DNA of 64,000 bases from Planctomicrobium piriforme (lineage in GTDB: Bacteria; Planctomycetota; Planctomycetia; Pirellulales; UBA1268): positions 5,219 through 69,218 of the forward strand of contig CAMBPQ010000004.1 in assembly GCA_945869735.1 (NCBI GenBank). Reading direction: 5' to 3'. Of this stretch, positions 38,141-46,491 are shown piece by piece. Position numbers and translations under genes: made by a program. The notes under the pieces were generated by a model, which searched no databases, had not been told where the DNA came from, and saw nothing but the letters and a program-made list of their open reading frames with translations. Position 1 is the first letter of the stretch, and each line of letters begins with the position of its first letter.

Positions 38141-41008
38141 ATGCCACGCCCCCGCATCCAGCCACATGCGCGCAAACCGATCCGTTGCACCGGGTTCGCG
38201 ACGGCCTATCGGCATCGCGTCGTCGCGGTAGCGGTCATGCTCGCATGCGGATCAGCTGCCCCGTTGGGATGGGCTGAGGAACTGCCAGCCCCGGCCCCCT
38301 CGACCACCGCCGACGAGGCGACCGCTCGCCGGGTGATCGAGGATGCCATCGATCGGGCCTCACAACCGCGAACGCTGCCTCCCCAAGGCTCCGCCTCCGC
38401 CTCCGCCCCCGGAATCGCCACATCGGACAACCTCCTGCTCGCGCGGCTCTCCGCCGAGGTGGCGGCGAAACAACTCGAGGCGAAGCGTCTGTCGCAGAAA
38501 TCACCGTCTGACGCCCTCGATCTCCTCGATGCCACGGCGAAGAGCCTCGACGGGCAACCGCTGCCGGAGGAGACCAAAACGCAGATGCTCCGCCGCATCG
38601 AGCGCACGCGGCGCGATATCGAGGAGGCGACGGGCAAGCGGCGTGCCGAACTCGCCCTCGACAAGCAAAACGCCCAGGTCGAGTCCCGGATCGACCGGGA
38701 CCGAGCCCAGCGGGTCGAGGTCGACCAGCGGATCTCCATGCTCATCGAGGAATACAACGCACTCGTCGACGAGCGACGATTTCCAGAGGCCGAGGCGATC
38801 GCGAAGAAGGCCGGGCAACTCGCGCCCGACAACGCCGTCGTGCGGCAGTTGCTCGCACAGAGTCGGATGATCCGCCGACTCGACGCCCAGAGGTCGATCG
38901 ACGGGGAACGTCAGGCAGGCTTCCTCGACGTGGCCGAGGACGTCGAGGGTTCGGCCACACCATTCGCAGGTTCCATCAAGTTTCCTGACACGAAGGACTG
39001 GCAGGACCTGACCAAGTCGCGGACGCAGCGACTCGCGGAGGGCCGGTCGCGGGCCAGTGCCATCGAGATCGCGATCCACAAGAAACTCGAGACGCCGGTG
39101 AAGCCATCTTACCGGGCCCAGCCGCTCTCGACGGTGATTGACGCCCTGGCCAGGCAGGCCGACGTGGCGATTCATCTCGACATGGTGGGCCTCGATCAGG
39201 AGGCAGTCCGCAGCGACACGCCCGTTACGCTCGCCCTCGACCAGTCGATCTCGCTGAAAAGCGCGCTCAAACTGCTCCTGGAGCCGCTTCATCTGGGCTA
39301 CGTCGTCAAAGACGAGGTGCTGAAGGTCACGAGCCCAAGGCTCGTGAAGGGGGATGTCTACGCGGTCACCTACCCGGTCGCCGACCTCGTGCTGCCGATC
39401 CCCAACTTCTCATCCGACGGTCTCGGCATCACCGGCGCGCTTCGCGACGGCTATTCCCAGATCGCCTTGCGAAACAACCTCGCCGTGCAGGTCGGTCCGC
39501 CGCCCTCGGGAATCAACGCCGGACCGGCCCACGCCGGTGGTCATGCGGCCCTCGACGGGGCCTCACTGGCGCAGTTGCAACTCGGCGGCGGCGGCCCGCC
39601 CGTGACCGGCTCGACGCCTTCCATCCCGTTCGGTCCGCCATCCGTCGGCGGCGGACAGCAGAACTTCCAGCCACTCATCGACCTGATTCAGAGCACCGTG
39701 GCCCAGGACTCGTGGGACACGACCGGCGGCCCCGGCGCGATCCGACCGTTCGAGACGAATCTCAGTCTTGTCGTCAGCCAGACGCAGGAGGTGCATGAGG
39801 AGATCGCCAACCTGCTCGAGCAGCTCCGCCGCCTGCAGGACCTGCAGGTCACGATCGAGGTCCGGTTCATCACGCTCGCCGACACCTTCTTCGAGCGGAT
39901 CGGTGTGGATTTCGACTTCAACATCCAGACCAATGTGAGCGACCCGCTCAACATGACGGCGATCCCGACGCAGGGCAACGGCTCCACATCACCGTTCAGC
40001 CAGGGCATCAACGCGGCGCCCGGCGGCCGGTCGCAGACCATTGGCCTCGACAACACGGGCAACCCCGGCGTGGCTCTCTACAACGCGGGCGGGGGTATCG
40101 GGCAGGGCGGAGGCATTGGGCAGGGCGGGGGTATCGGACAGGGCGCCAATACCGGCCAACCAGGCCGCAACTTTTATTCCATCCCGTTTCGACAAAACAG
40201 TTTCGGCAGTGCGACCGTGCCAAGCCTCCCGGGGCTCCCCGATCCGGCGACGAGCGCGGCCAACTTCGGGTTCGCGATTCTCTCCGATATCGAGGCCTAC
40301 TTCCTGATCCAGGCCGCGCAGGGCAACACGCGGTCGAACGTCATGCAGGCCCCCAAGGTCACGCTCTTCAACGGCCAGCAGGCGTTCGTTTCCGACACGC
40401 GGCAGCGGCCGTTCGTCACGGCAGTCATACCGGTCGTCGGAGACTTCTCCGCGGCCCAGCAGCCGGTGATCACCGTGCTCAATGAGGGCACCGCGGTTAA
40501 TGTCCAGGCAGTGGTCTCCAACGACCGGCGGTTCGTCCGGCTCACGCTCGTGCCGTTCTTCTCCCAGATCGGCCGTGTCGAGCAGTTCCAGTTCGAGGGC
40601 TCGCGGTCGACCAAATCCAAAACCAGCGACGAGAAGAGCGGCACTGATGTGAACGTGCCCGGGGCGAATGGACTCGTCGGCCTGACCAGCGGGGCCGCCG
40701 CGACTGGTGAACTCGAACTCCAGTCGAACGGCACCACCATCCAGCTGCCGGAGTTTCTGTTTACGACAGTCACGACGACCGTCAGTGTGCCCGACGGCGG
40801 CACGGTGCTGCTTGGCGGCATCAAGCGGCTCCGCGAAGGCCGCAACGAGTTTGGCGTGCCGATCCTTTCAAAGATCCCCTACATCAACCGGCTCTTCAAG
40901 AATGTCGGCATGGGACGCACCACCGACAGCCTGATGCTGATGGTCACACCGCGGATCATCATCCAGGAGGAAGAGGAGGAGAAAATCCTCGGCACGAGCA
41001 GGCCCTGA
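38141..41008 (+). CDS. secretin-family outer-membrane channel protein (GspD/PilQ-like, long coiled-coil N-terminus)
   Basis: 955 aa. Signal peptide ..VAVAVMLACGSAAPLGWA. STN/secretin-N-like ..PLSTVIDALARQADVAIHLD..ISLKSALKLLLEPLHLGYVVKDEVLKVTS. C-terminal secretin domain ..VMQAPKVTLFNGQQAFV....VSVPDGGTVLLGGI......GVPILSKIPYINRLFKN...LMLMVTPRII. Confidence 0.85.
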   Translation: MPRPRIQPHARKPIRCTGFATAYRHRVVAVAVMLACGSAAPLGWAEELPAPAPSTTADEATARRVIEDAIDRASQPRTLPPQGSASASAPGIATSDNLLLARLSAEVAAKQLEAKRLSQKSPSDALDLLDATAKSLDGQPLPEETKTQMLRRIERTRRDIEEATGKRRAELALDKQNAQVESRIDRDRAQRVEVDQRISMLIEEYNALVDERRFPEAEAIAKKAGQLAPDNAVVRQLLAQSRMIRRLDAQRSIDGERQAGFLDVAEDVEGSATPFAGSIKFPDTKDWQDLTKSRTQRLAEGRSRASAIEIAIHKKLETPVKPSYRAQPLSTVIDALARQADVAIHLDMVGLDQEAVRSDTPVTLALDQSISLKSALKLLLEPLHLGYVVKDEVLKVTSPRLVKGDVYAVTYPVADLVLPIPNFSSDGLGITGALRDGYSQIALRNNLAVQVGPPPSGINAGPAHAGGHAALDGASLAQLQLGGGGPPVTGSTPSIPFGPPSVGGGQQNFQPLIDLIQSTVAQDSWDTTGGPGAIRPFETNLSLVVSQTQEVHEEIANLLEQLRRLQDLQVTIEVRFITLADTFFERIGVDFDFNIQTNVSDPLNMTAIPTQGNGSTSPFSQGINAAPGGRSQTIGLDNTGNPGVALYNAGGGIGQGGGIGQGGGIGQGANTGQPGRNFYSIPFRQNSFGSATVPSLPGLPDPATSAANFGFAILSDIEAYFLIQAAQGNTRSNVMQAPKVTLFNGQQAFVSDTRQRPFVTAVIPVVGDFSAAQQPVITVLNEGTAVNVQAVVSNDRRFVRLTLVPFFSQIGRVEQFQFEGSRSTKSKTSDEKSGTDVNVPGANGLVGLTSGAAATGELELQSNGTTIQLPEFLFTTVTTTVSVPDGGTVLLGGIKRLREGRNEFGVPILSKIPYINRLFKNVGMGRTTDSLMLMVTPRIIIQEEEEEKILGTSRP

Positions 41009-41012
41009 ACCC

Positions 41013-41426
41013 ATGATGCGATTCAGCATGATCGCCGGAGCCGTGCTGGGAGCCGTGTCCGTGGCCGGAGGCGCCTTCGGGGCCCACGGGCTGAAGGACA
41101 CGCTCGATGCGACCGGCCAGGCTGCCAACTGGGAAACGGCCGCTCGCTACTGCATGTATCACGCGCTGGCCCTCCTCGCACTCGGCCAGCTCGCCGGTCG
41201 GCGACCAGTGGCCTCGTGGCCGTTCACGGCAGCTGCATGGTGTTTCCTGGGGGGCACGCTGATCTTCAGCGGCTGCCTGGCGGCCCTCGCACTCTCCGGC
41301 GTGAAAATCCTGGGCGCTATCGTGCCGATCGGCGGCGTGCTCTTGATCGCCGGCTGGCTGCTCATGGCCCTCGCGGCGGCGGCCGAACGCGAGAGTCCGC
41401 CGCACCCACGAAGCGAGCGGCTTTAG
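41013..41426 (+). CDS. DUF423 (YgdD/TMEM256-family) small membrane protein
   Basis: ..AGAVLGAVSVAGGAFGAHGLK....A.RYCMYHALALLALG.. is typical of DUF423. Starts 4 nt after the secretin stop. Its TAG stop is the first 3 nt of repeat copy G. Confidence 0.85.
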   Translation: MMRFSMIAGAVLGAVSVAGGAFGAHGLKDTLDATGQAANWETAARYCMYHALALLALGQLAGRRPVASWPFTAAAWCFLGGTLIFSGCLAALALSGVKILGAIVPIGGVLLIAGWLLMALAAAAERESPPHPRSERL

Positions 41427-41676
41427 AGCCCATTCGAGCTACGTGGATCGCCGGCTCCCGTCAGGAAGCCCCAAGCACGAGCGCGGGGAATACGGCCCGC
41501 CACCCCATCCCATCGCTTGCGTCCGGGCTTCCTGAGGGCCGCGGCGAGATGGCTCCTTGGAGGAGGGAGGCAAGGGGGTCGGCGAACGCTCGAGGAGCCT
41601 GGGGCGTATTCTCGCCCCGGCGACGAGACTTTTTCCGCCCCCGAGCCGGCGATCCACGTAAGCCGAGTGCGATCTA
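41424..41676. repeat. Composite element G: R1 left terminus + nested R2 + inverted R1 body, stop-to-stop between convergent genes
   Basis: 41424-41456 is TAGAGCCCATTCGAGCTACGTGGATCGCCGGCT. 41457-41538 is R2 (CCCGTCAGGAAGCCC...GGGCTTCCTGAGGG). 41539-41676 is the R1 body in reverse orientation, ending GCCGGCGATCCACGTAAGCCGAGTGCGATCTA. The outer 16 nt TACGTGGATCGCCGGC are a perfect inverted repeat. Confidence 0.85.
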
Positions 41677-42534
41677 GCGAGCGGCCTCGACCTCGGCCTG
41701 CGCGTCCCTCTGCTCGGCGGTGTTTTCGGACTCCGTAGCTCCCTGCTCCGCCTGCTGATCCTTCTGCTCCGCCACGTTCTCCCGCTCGGCCGCCAGCTGT
41801 TCTACCTGCTGATCGGCCTGCTCCGGTCGGTTCGCGGTATCAAACCCGTCAGCGGCGGGCTGGTCATCGCCCCCGTTCTCCCCCTTCGGCTCGGGCATTT
41901 CCTCCGCGGCCGGTGCGGCCTCCTCCGCGGGCACGGCGTCGGCCGCCGGTATACGCTCGGCATCGTTCCGCTCACCTTTGAATGGGTTTTCCTCATCGAC
42001 GACACGCTCGGTCGCCGGACGGCGCCGGCGGAGCACGTCGGGCTCCGCCCGTTCAACATCGAGGTAGCGCATCTGATTCCGACGGCGATCTTCCTGCAGT
42101 AACGCGACGCGGGCTCGTGTGCGATGGCGTTCAAGCTTGAGGCGGTCGCAGCCCTGGACCCGCTCCAGCGAGCGAGCCACGGGCCATAAACCCGTTCCCT
42201 CAGCCTCCTGTTGTGCCCCTGCGGCGAAGTCTGCTTCCGACTCGTCGAGCCTTCCCAGCTTCAGCGCGACGAGCCCGCGGAAGTAATAAGCGCGGGGATC
42301 AGCCGTTCCGGCCTCGATCACCTGCGACATGTCGTCGTAACTCCGCTGATAATCACTCGCGAAGTATGCATGCACGCCATCGCCGTACGTGGCCGCAAGA
42401 GACGTGCTCTCGATCGTCGGCACCGCCGCCGGCACCGGGCCTTGGCTATGAATGCCCGCCAACGCGAACACGGCCGTGGCCACGAAACGCCCTACGCTTT
42501 CCCCTCGGGATGCACCGACGTGAACGACTGCCAT
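41674..42534 (-). CDS. hypothetical secreted protein, TPR-like N-half and Glu/Gln-rich repetitive tail
   Basis: ORF 41674-42717 trimmed to ATG 42534 (MAVVHVGASRGESVGRFVATAVFALAGIHS..). ..PRAYYFRGLVALKLGRLDESEADF.. is TPR-like. The tail has ..AEQKDQQAEQGATESENTAEQRDAQAEVEAA. Confidence 0.65.
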   Translation of the reverse strand: MAVVHVGASRGESVGRFVATAVFALAGIHSQGPVPAAVPTIESTSLAATYGDGVHAYFASDYQRSYDDMSQVIEAGTADPRAYYFRGLVALKLGRLDESEADFAAGAQQEAEGTGLWPVARSLERVQGCDRLKLERHRTRARVALLQEDRRRNQMRYLDVERAEPDVLRRRRPATERVVDEENPFKGERNDAERIPAADAVPAEEAAPAAEEMPEPKGENGGDDQPAADGFDTANRPEQADQQVEQLAAERENVAEQKDQQAEQGATESENTAEQRDAQAEVEAAR

Positions 42535-42664
42535 GATCAACCCCTTCCGGCCAACGGACCCCATCCGGCACACGGCCGAGACGCCACTTCGGCTATCGAC
42601 TGATTGTACCTTCCCGACCGGGACCCACTCGTCCGTGCCGGCACAACCGCCACCACCCCACCGC

Positions 42665-43180
42665 TCACGACGGCCGCAGGGTTTCTCCGTCCCCGGCAAG
42701 CCCCCGGGCCGTCGCATGGCGTCGAAACGTCGCCTCGTCGAGAAAGACGGCCGACCGCACGAGTTGCATCATGAGCGGCTGGCCCGGCCAGCCGAAGCCG
42801 CCAAGCAGACGGTCGAGGTCGGACGCAGGGCAACTCCCCTTCAGGTCGACGAGGAGCACCCGGCCATCCTTCTCAAAGGCATTGCCGTCGACCTGCCACC
42901 AGGCATGGTTCCCGGCTTCCGTTGTGAGGTCACGGGAACTCGTCCACACGAAAGAGCCGTCGGGCTCGGCATACAGCCGCTCGAACCTCCCGAGCCGCTG
43001 CAGCGCGTCGTCAAATTCGATGGACATGGGCGTGGAGAGGGCTGCCTTGGGCACGGCGAGAGTCGGCCACGTGCCCCACGCGTCGGCCAGGGTGTCACCC
43101 GCGATCGCCTCGGCGGGCCGGACATGGAGCGTGATGTCGAAGGCATACAGCGGGGCGTGTTGCATCTCACCAGACATCAT
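42665..43180 (-). CDS. hypothetical protein (171 aa), translationally coupled to the upstream gene
   Basis: ORF 42665-43213 with start placed at ATG 43180, which overlaps the upstream stop (ATGA, 43177-43180). No recognisable motif. GC3-biased. Confidence 0.6.
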   Translation of the reverse strand: MMSGEMQHAPLYAFDITLHVRPAEAIAGDTLADAWGTWPTLAVPKAALSTPMSIEFDDALQRLGRFERLYAEPDGSFVWTSSRDLTTEAGNHAWWQVDGNAFEKDGRVLLVDLKGSCPASDLDRLLGGFGWPGQPLMMQLVRSAVFLDEATFRRHATARGLAGDGETLRPS

Positions 43181-44427
43181 GCCGCATCGACGACCGTGCC
43201 GCCATGGTCCCAACGCTGCATCGAAGAATCGATCGTGACCACCGGATCCTGCCGTTCTCCGGACACGATCACCTCTTCGCAGATCCCTGCGTCGCCGCGG
43301 TGCAGCGCCAGGACGACCGGACCCTGCCCGAATCGTCTGCTCACCGTCGCCCCAGCCGCGGACGGGCAGGCAGCTCCCTCCCAGGCGATCTGGCCTGGAT
43401 GGCCGATCAGCGACCGGTTTACGGTTTCATCACGGGCCCGCGGGCGGCCGGAAGCTGCCCACCCCGCGAGCCGGTGCACTCCCACCGGGATCACGACGTC
43501 GGCATCGGCCGACCGAAAGGCATGGTCAAACCATCCCGCGAGACAGTGCAGGGCGTCGAACTCCACCTCGCAAGAAGGCACGCACCGGCGCGCCTCGACA
43601 AGCCACCCCGCCACCGCACGTCGCCACGCCGATTCGATCGGCTCGATCTCCAGCAGAGCATGATGAGGCAGGTGTCGCCGCCACGCGCCCACAGCAAAAG
43701 GTATCTCTACGGCCGGGCATGCCACGATCGCCCGGAGCAGCGCGACCACGGGCCCGGCGACGGCACCCCGGCCGACGGAGGCGACGAACCGGGCGACCAG
43801 ATCGACCGCCACGCTCTCCGAGAGCGTCGGTGTCCGGCCACCAGACACCGTCGGGCTCTGCTCGTCAGAGCGGTGGCACGCCGGATCGAGGTCGTGACCG
43901 TGGCGGATCGAGACGTCGGCGTTTTCCCACCGTTCGCCCATCGCAAACTGCATCCGGGCAGCGAACCTCGCGAACTCGGCGAGCGCGAAGTCGCGGTCGC
44001 CGGCCAGTAGCGTCACTCGCACAGGCACGATGGCGTAGTCACTGCCAGGACGGCCTCGGCCATCGGCCATCGGCACCGCCAGACCCTGGCGGGCCCAGCG
44101 GGCCAGCGTCACCAACAGCCTGCGGGCGGATCGCACCGACCCGACGGCGACGCGGAGCCGCGCCTCGCGTGCCGACGCGCCACCGTGCCAGGGCCGTACT
44201 CTGCCGCACCACTCGGCCGACACCAGCCAGTCGAACGTGTCGCCAGCGACGACAAGGTCGAGGCCGTCGATGGGACGATACCCGCCGTCACGGCGAAACC
44301 CACCGCGGACCGCAGCACGGTGGATGGCCGACGGCAGCGTCGCCTGCCAGCCCGTAGAGGACCGTAGAGTAGCGGACCGAAGAAGTGTGCCATCCCCGAT
44401 GGCCCAGTTGGACGTGACAACGAGCAT
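43177..44427 (-). CDS. hypothetical protein with degenerate calcineurin-like metallophosphoesterase motifs
   Basis: 416 aa. MLVVTSNWAIGDG (compare SDxHxG), DLVVAGDTFDW (GDxxD), VTLLAGDRDF (compare GNHD/E), IRHGHDLD (GH). The metal-ligand positions in motifs I and III are substituted. Confidence 0.65.
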   Translation of the reverse strand: MLVVTSNWAIGDGTLLRSATLRSSTGWQATLPSAIHRAAVRGGFRRDGGYRPIDGLDLVVAGDTFDWLVSAEWCGRVRPWHGGASAREARLRVAVGSVRSARRLLVTLARWARQGLAVPMADGRGRPGSDYAIVPVRVTLLAGDRDFALAEFARFAARMQFAMGERWENADVSIRHGHDLDPACHRSDEQSPTVSGGRTPTLSESVAVDLVARFVASVGRGAVAGPVVALLRAIVACPAVEIPFAVGAWRRHLPHHALLEIEPIESAWRRAVAGWLVEARRCVPSCEVEFDALHCLAGWFDHAFRSADADVVIPVGVHRLAGWAASGRPRARDETVNRSLIGHPGQIAWEGAACPSAAGATVSRRFGQGPVVLALHRGDAGICEEVIVSGERQDPVVTIDSSMQRWDHGGTVVDAA

Positions 44428-44555
44428 GCCTGCCTCCGCAGGATGTCATCGTCCGGCCCTCCGTGCGACGTTCATCCGATACTCCCGCGCGCCGGATCAG
44501 CCGCGTAGACCGTGCGGGTCGGGGAGGCAGTGCCGGTTGCGAGGCGGGGGTCGAC

Positions 44556-45941
44556 TCAGGGCTCGAGAAAACTCGTCTGGCAGCTCCGCTCGACGGTGCC
44601 GTCGAGTTCCGCGCTCGACAGAATCGCGGAGGCACGGCCCGGCCCGCCGGCGGGAAGGCGGTAGGTGATCTCGAACGACCGCTGGCCCCCGGGGGGAATC
44701 GCCTGAATCGGATCGAACGAGACCCTCGAATCATCGATTCTTACTCGGGCCGCGGTCCGGTCCGAGTCGAGGCGGGCCTGGGCGGGGAGAAGAATGACGA
44801 GATCGAGGCGGCATGAGGGCTCCGTGCCACCGTTGGTCACGGTGCAGACAAGGGTGGTAGGGTCGCCGTGACGCACCGGATCGTCGAGATCGGCGAGCGA
44901 AAGCTTCAGGCCGGCCTCCGACGGGGTCCGCACCCGCGGGCGAGGCGTCGAGGAACTGATGAGGACGCACGACTCATCGGCGACCATCGCACCGCCCCCG
45001 AAGCCGCCGAGCACGGCGCGGACACACGATCGGGTGGCGGGCGAGTCGCGGTAGGCATCCGCGGGAGCCTTTGCCCGGAGGTTGATTTGCCGCTTGAGCT
45101 GGCCACCCGGCTCGAGCGCCGGCAGGTTCCACGACACCTTCGAGGCGACGAGGTTGTAGCCATCCGAGGCTTCGAGGGGTGTGAGGTGGTCGTCCCACGA
45201 GAACTCGAGCGTGGTCGGCGACGAGGCGCCGGCGCCCTTGTTCTTCACCGTGGCGACGTACGAGACAACGCCGTCCGAGAGAGTCTCGGCGGGGCCTTCG
45301 AGGTCGAGCTCGATCGCAGCGGTTGCAGGCACCGTGATCGTGCTGGCAGCCGTCGTAGGCGAGAGCGGGACCGGGACCGGGATCGGCGCGGCCACGGTCG
45401 CGGGCGTCGTGGCGGCAAGCGGCGGCGTCATTGCAAGCGGTGGAAACACCGCGGCGGCCGCAGGAGCGGCCAGAGGTGCGGGGGGCGCGGCGAGCGGCGG
45501 CGCTGGAGCGGTCGCCACGGGCTGCACTTCGACGCAATGGGTGGCACCACCGACGAAGACGTGCGACTGGTCGAGAATCTCGACGCGGTGGCACTGCCTG
45601 CCGGGTTCGTCGAGCAGGAAGTCGAGCGTGAGCCGCCGCGCCGTCCCCGGCATGAGGTCAATCGTGCCCTTCTGCTCGATCGGGCTCGCCGAGGCCTCGT
45701 GATGAAAGCCCTTGTCGAAGTAGTCGATGACGCGGAGTTTCTGGAGCGGCTTGCCTGAGCGGTTGACGAGCTCGACCTCGAACGAGGCCCGTTCACCGAC
45801 GCGGCCGACGAGCGGACCGGTCACGGACACGAGCACCGGATCCTCGCCCCGCGCCGCCGCGCCGACGAGGACGACCACCGCAGCCGCGACCACAGCACGT
45901 ACGCGAAGCCAACACCCCGTCATCGACATGCCTCCGGTCAT
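44556..45941 (-). CDS. secreted repeat protein (DUF11/CARDB-like Ig-fold repeats, Pro/Ala linker)
   Basis: ORF 44556-46706 trimmed to the ATG cluster 45941/45929/45923 (MTGGMSMTGCWLRVRAVVAAAVVVLVGAAARGEDP, signal peptide). Repeated modules of the type ..V.V.V.N.G..... Pro/Ala-rich linker between modules. Confidence 0.7.
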   Translation of the reverse strand: MTGGMSMTGCWLRVRAVVAAAVVVLVGAAARGEDPVLVSVTGPLVGRVGERASFEVELVNRSGKPLQKLRVIDYFDKGFHHEASASPIEQKGTIDLMPGTARRLTLDFLLDEPGRQCHRVEILDQSHVFVGGATHCVEVQPVATAPAPPLAAPPAPLAAPAAAAVFPPLAMTPPLAATTPATVAAPIPVPVPLSPTTAASTITVPATAAIELDLEGPAETLSDGVVSYVATVKNKGAGASSPTTLEFSWDDHLTPLEASDGYNLVASKVSWNLPALEPGGQLKRQINLRAKAPADAYRDSPATRSCVRAVLGGFGGGAMVADESCVLISSSTPRPRVRTPSEAGLKLSLADLDDPVRHGDPTTLVCTVTNGGTEPSCRLDLVILLPAQARLDSDRTAARVRIDDSRVSFDPIQAIPPGGQRSFEITYRLPAGGPGRASAILSSAELDGTVERSCQTSFLEP

Positions 45942-46329
45942 AAACCTCGAGAAACACCTGGAACTCTCGCCGGCAAGAGGGTACCACGCCGCGCCGGAGA
46001 GGGTGAACGCCGCGTTCGGGCCACGGCCGGGGCCATTTTTGGCCGGTTTTGCAGAGCGGGCGGCATCCGTCCGGGCCGTCGGCCCGCCGGTGTCGACCCA
46101 CCCGACCCGTGGAGCCTGGCGGACGTCTGGTTCAAAAACAGCTCGCCAGACCCGAGGCTCGATGATGAACAGACGGTGAGCGCGCTTGTGCTGCCTATGA
46201 CCTCGATCCCATTGAAAGCGGAGGTGAGGGGCTGCCCATGCCCCAGGAGCCGGGCTCGGCGGCCAGCGCAGGATAGGATGGCGAAGCGCAGCCGGCGTGC
46301 AGAGAGCGGAGGGCACGATGCCCGGAGCG

Positions 46330-46452
46330 AACGTCCGGCGATGGGGCATGGGCAGCCCCTCACCGGCACCAACGTCCGGCGATGGGGCATGGGCAGCCCC
46401 TCGCCGGCACCAACGTCCGGCGACGGGGCATGGGCAGCCCCTCACCGGCGCG
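46330..46452. repeat. 3 x 41-bp tandem hairpin repeat downstream of phoU
   Basis: The unit AACGTCCGGCGATGGGGCATGGGCAGCCCCTCACCGGCACC occurs at 46330, 46371 and 46412. Each unit folds as CCGGCGATGGGGC-loop-GCCCCTCACCGG. An inverted partial copy, GGTGAGGGGCTGCCCATGCCCCA, lies at 46223-46245. Confidence 0.85.
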
Positions 46453-46491
46453 TGAATCCATTGCCCGACGCCCCCACGTTCGTCGCGGTGG

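Noticed and set aside
40088-40141. The 18-bp x3 tandem DNA repeat as a non-coding repeat or regulatory array.
   Set aside because: It lies in frame inside the secretin CDS and simply encodes (GGGIGQ)x3. It is reported as a protein feature instead.
46021-46052. Hairpin CCGGGGCCA-TTTTT-TGGCCGG followed by TTTTG as a plus-strand intrinsic terminator or small RNA 3' end.
   Set aside because: No plus-strand gene or recognisable RNA lies upstream of it; it sits in the 5' region of the minus-strand DUF11 gene. The stem is short with a bulge. It is kept only as a note.
46330-46452. The three 41-bp direct repeats as a CRISPR array.
   Set aside because: The units are contiguous with no spacers. There are only three copies and no cas genes nearby. 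The structure fits a tandem hairpin/REP-like repeat instead.
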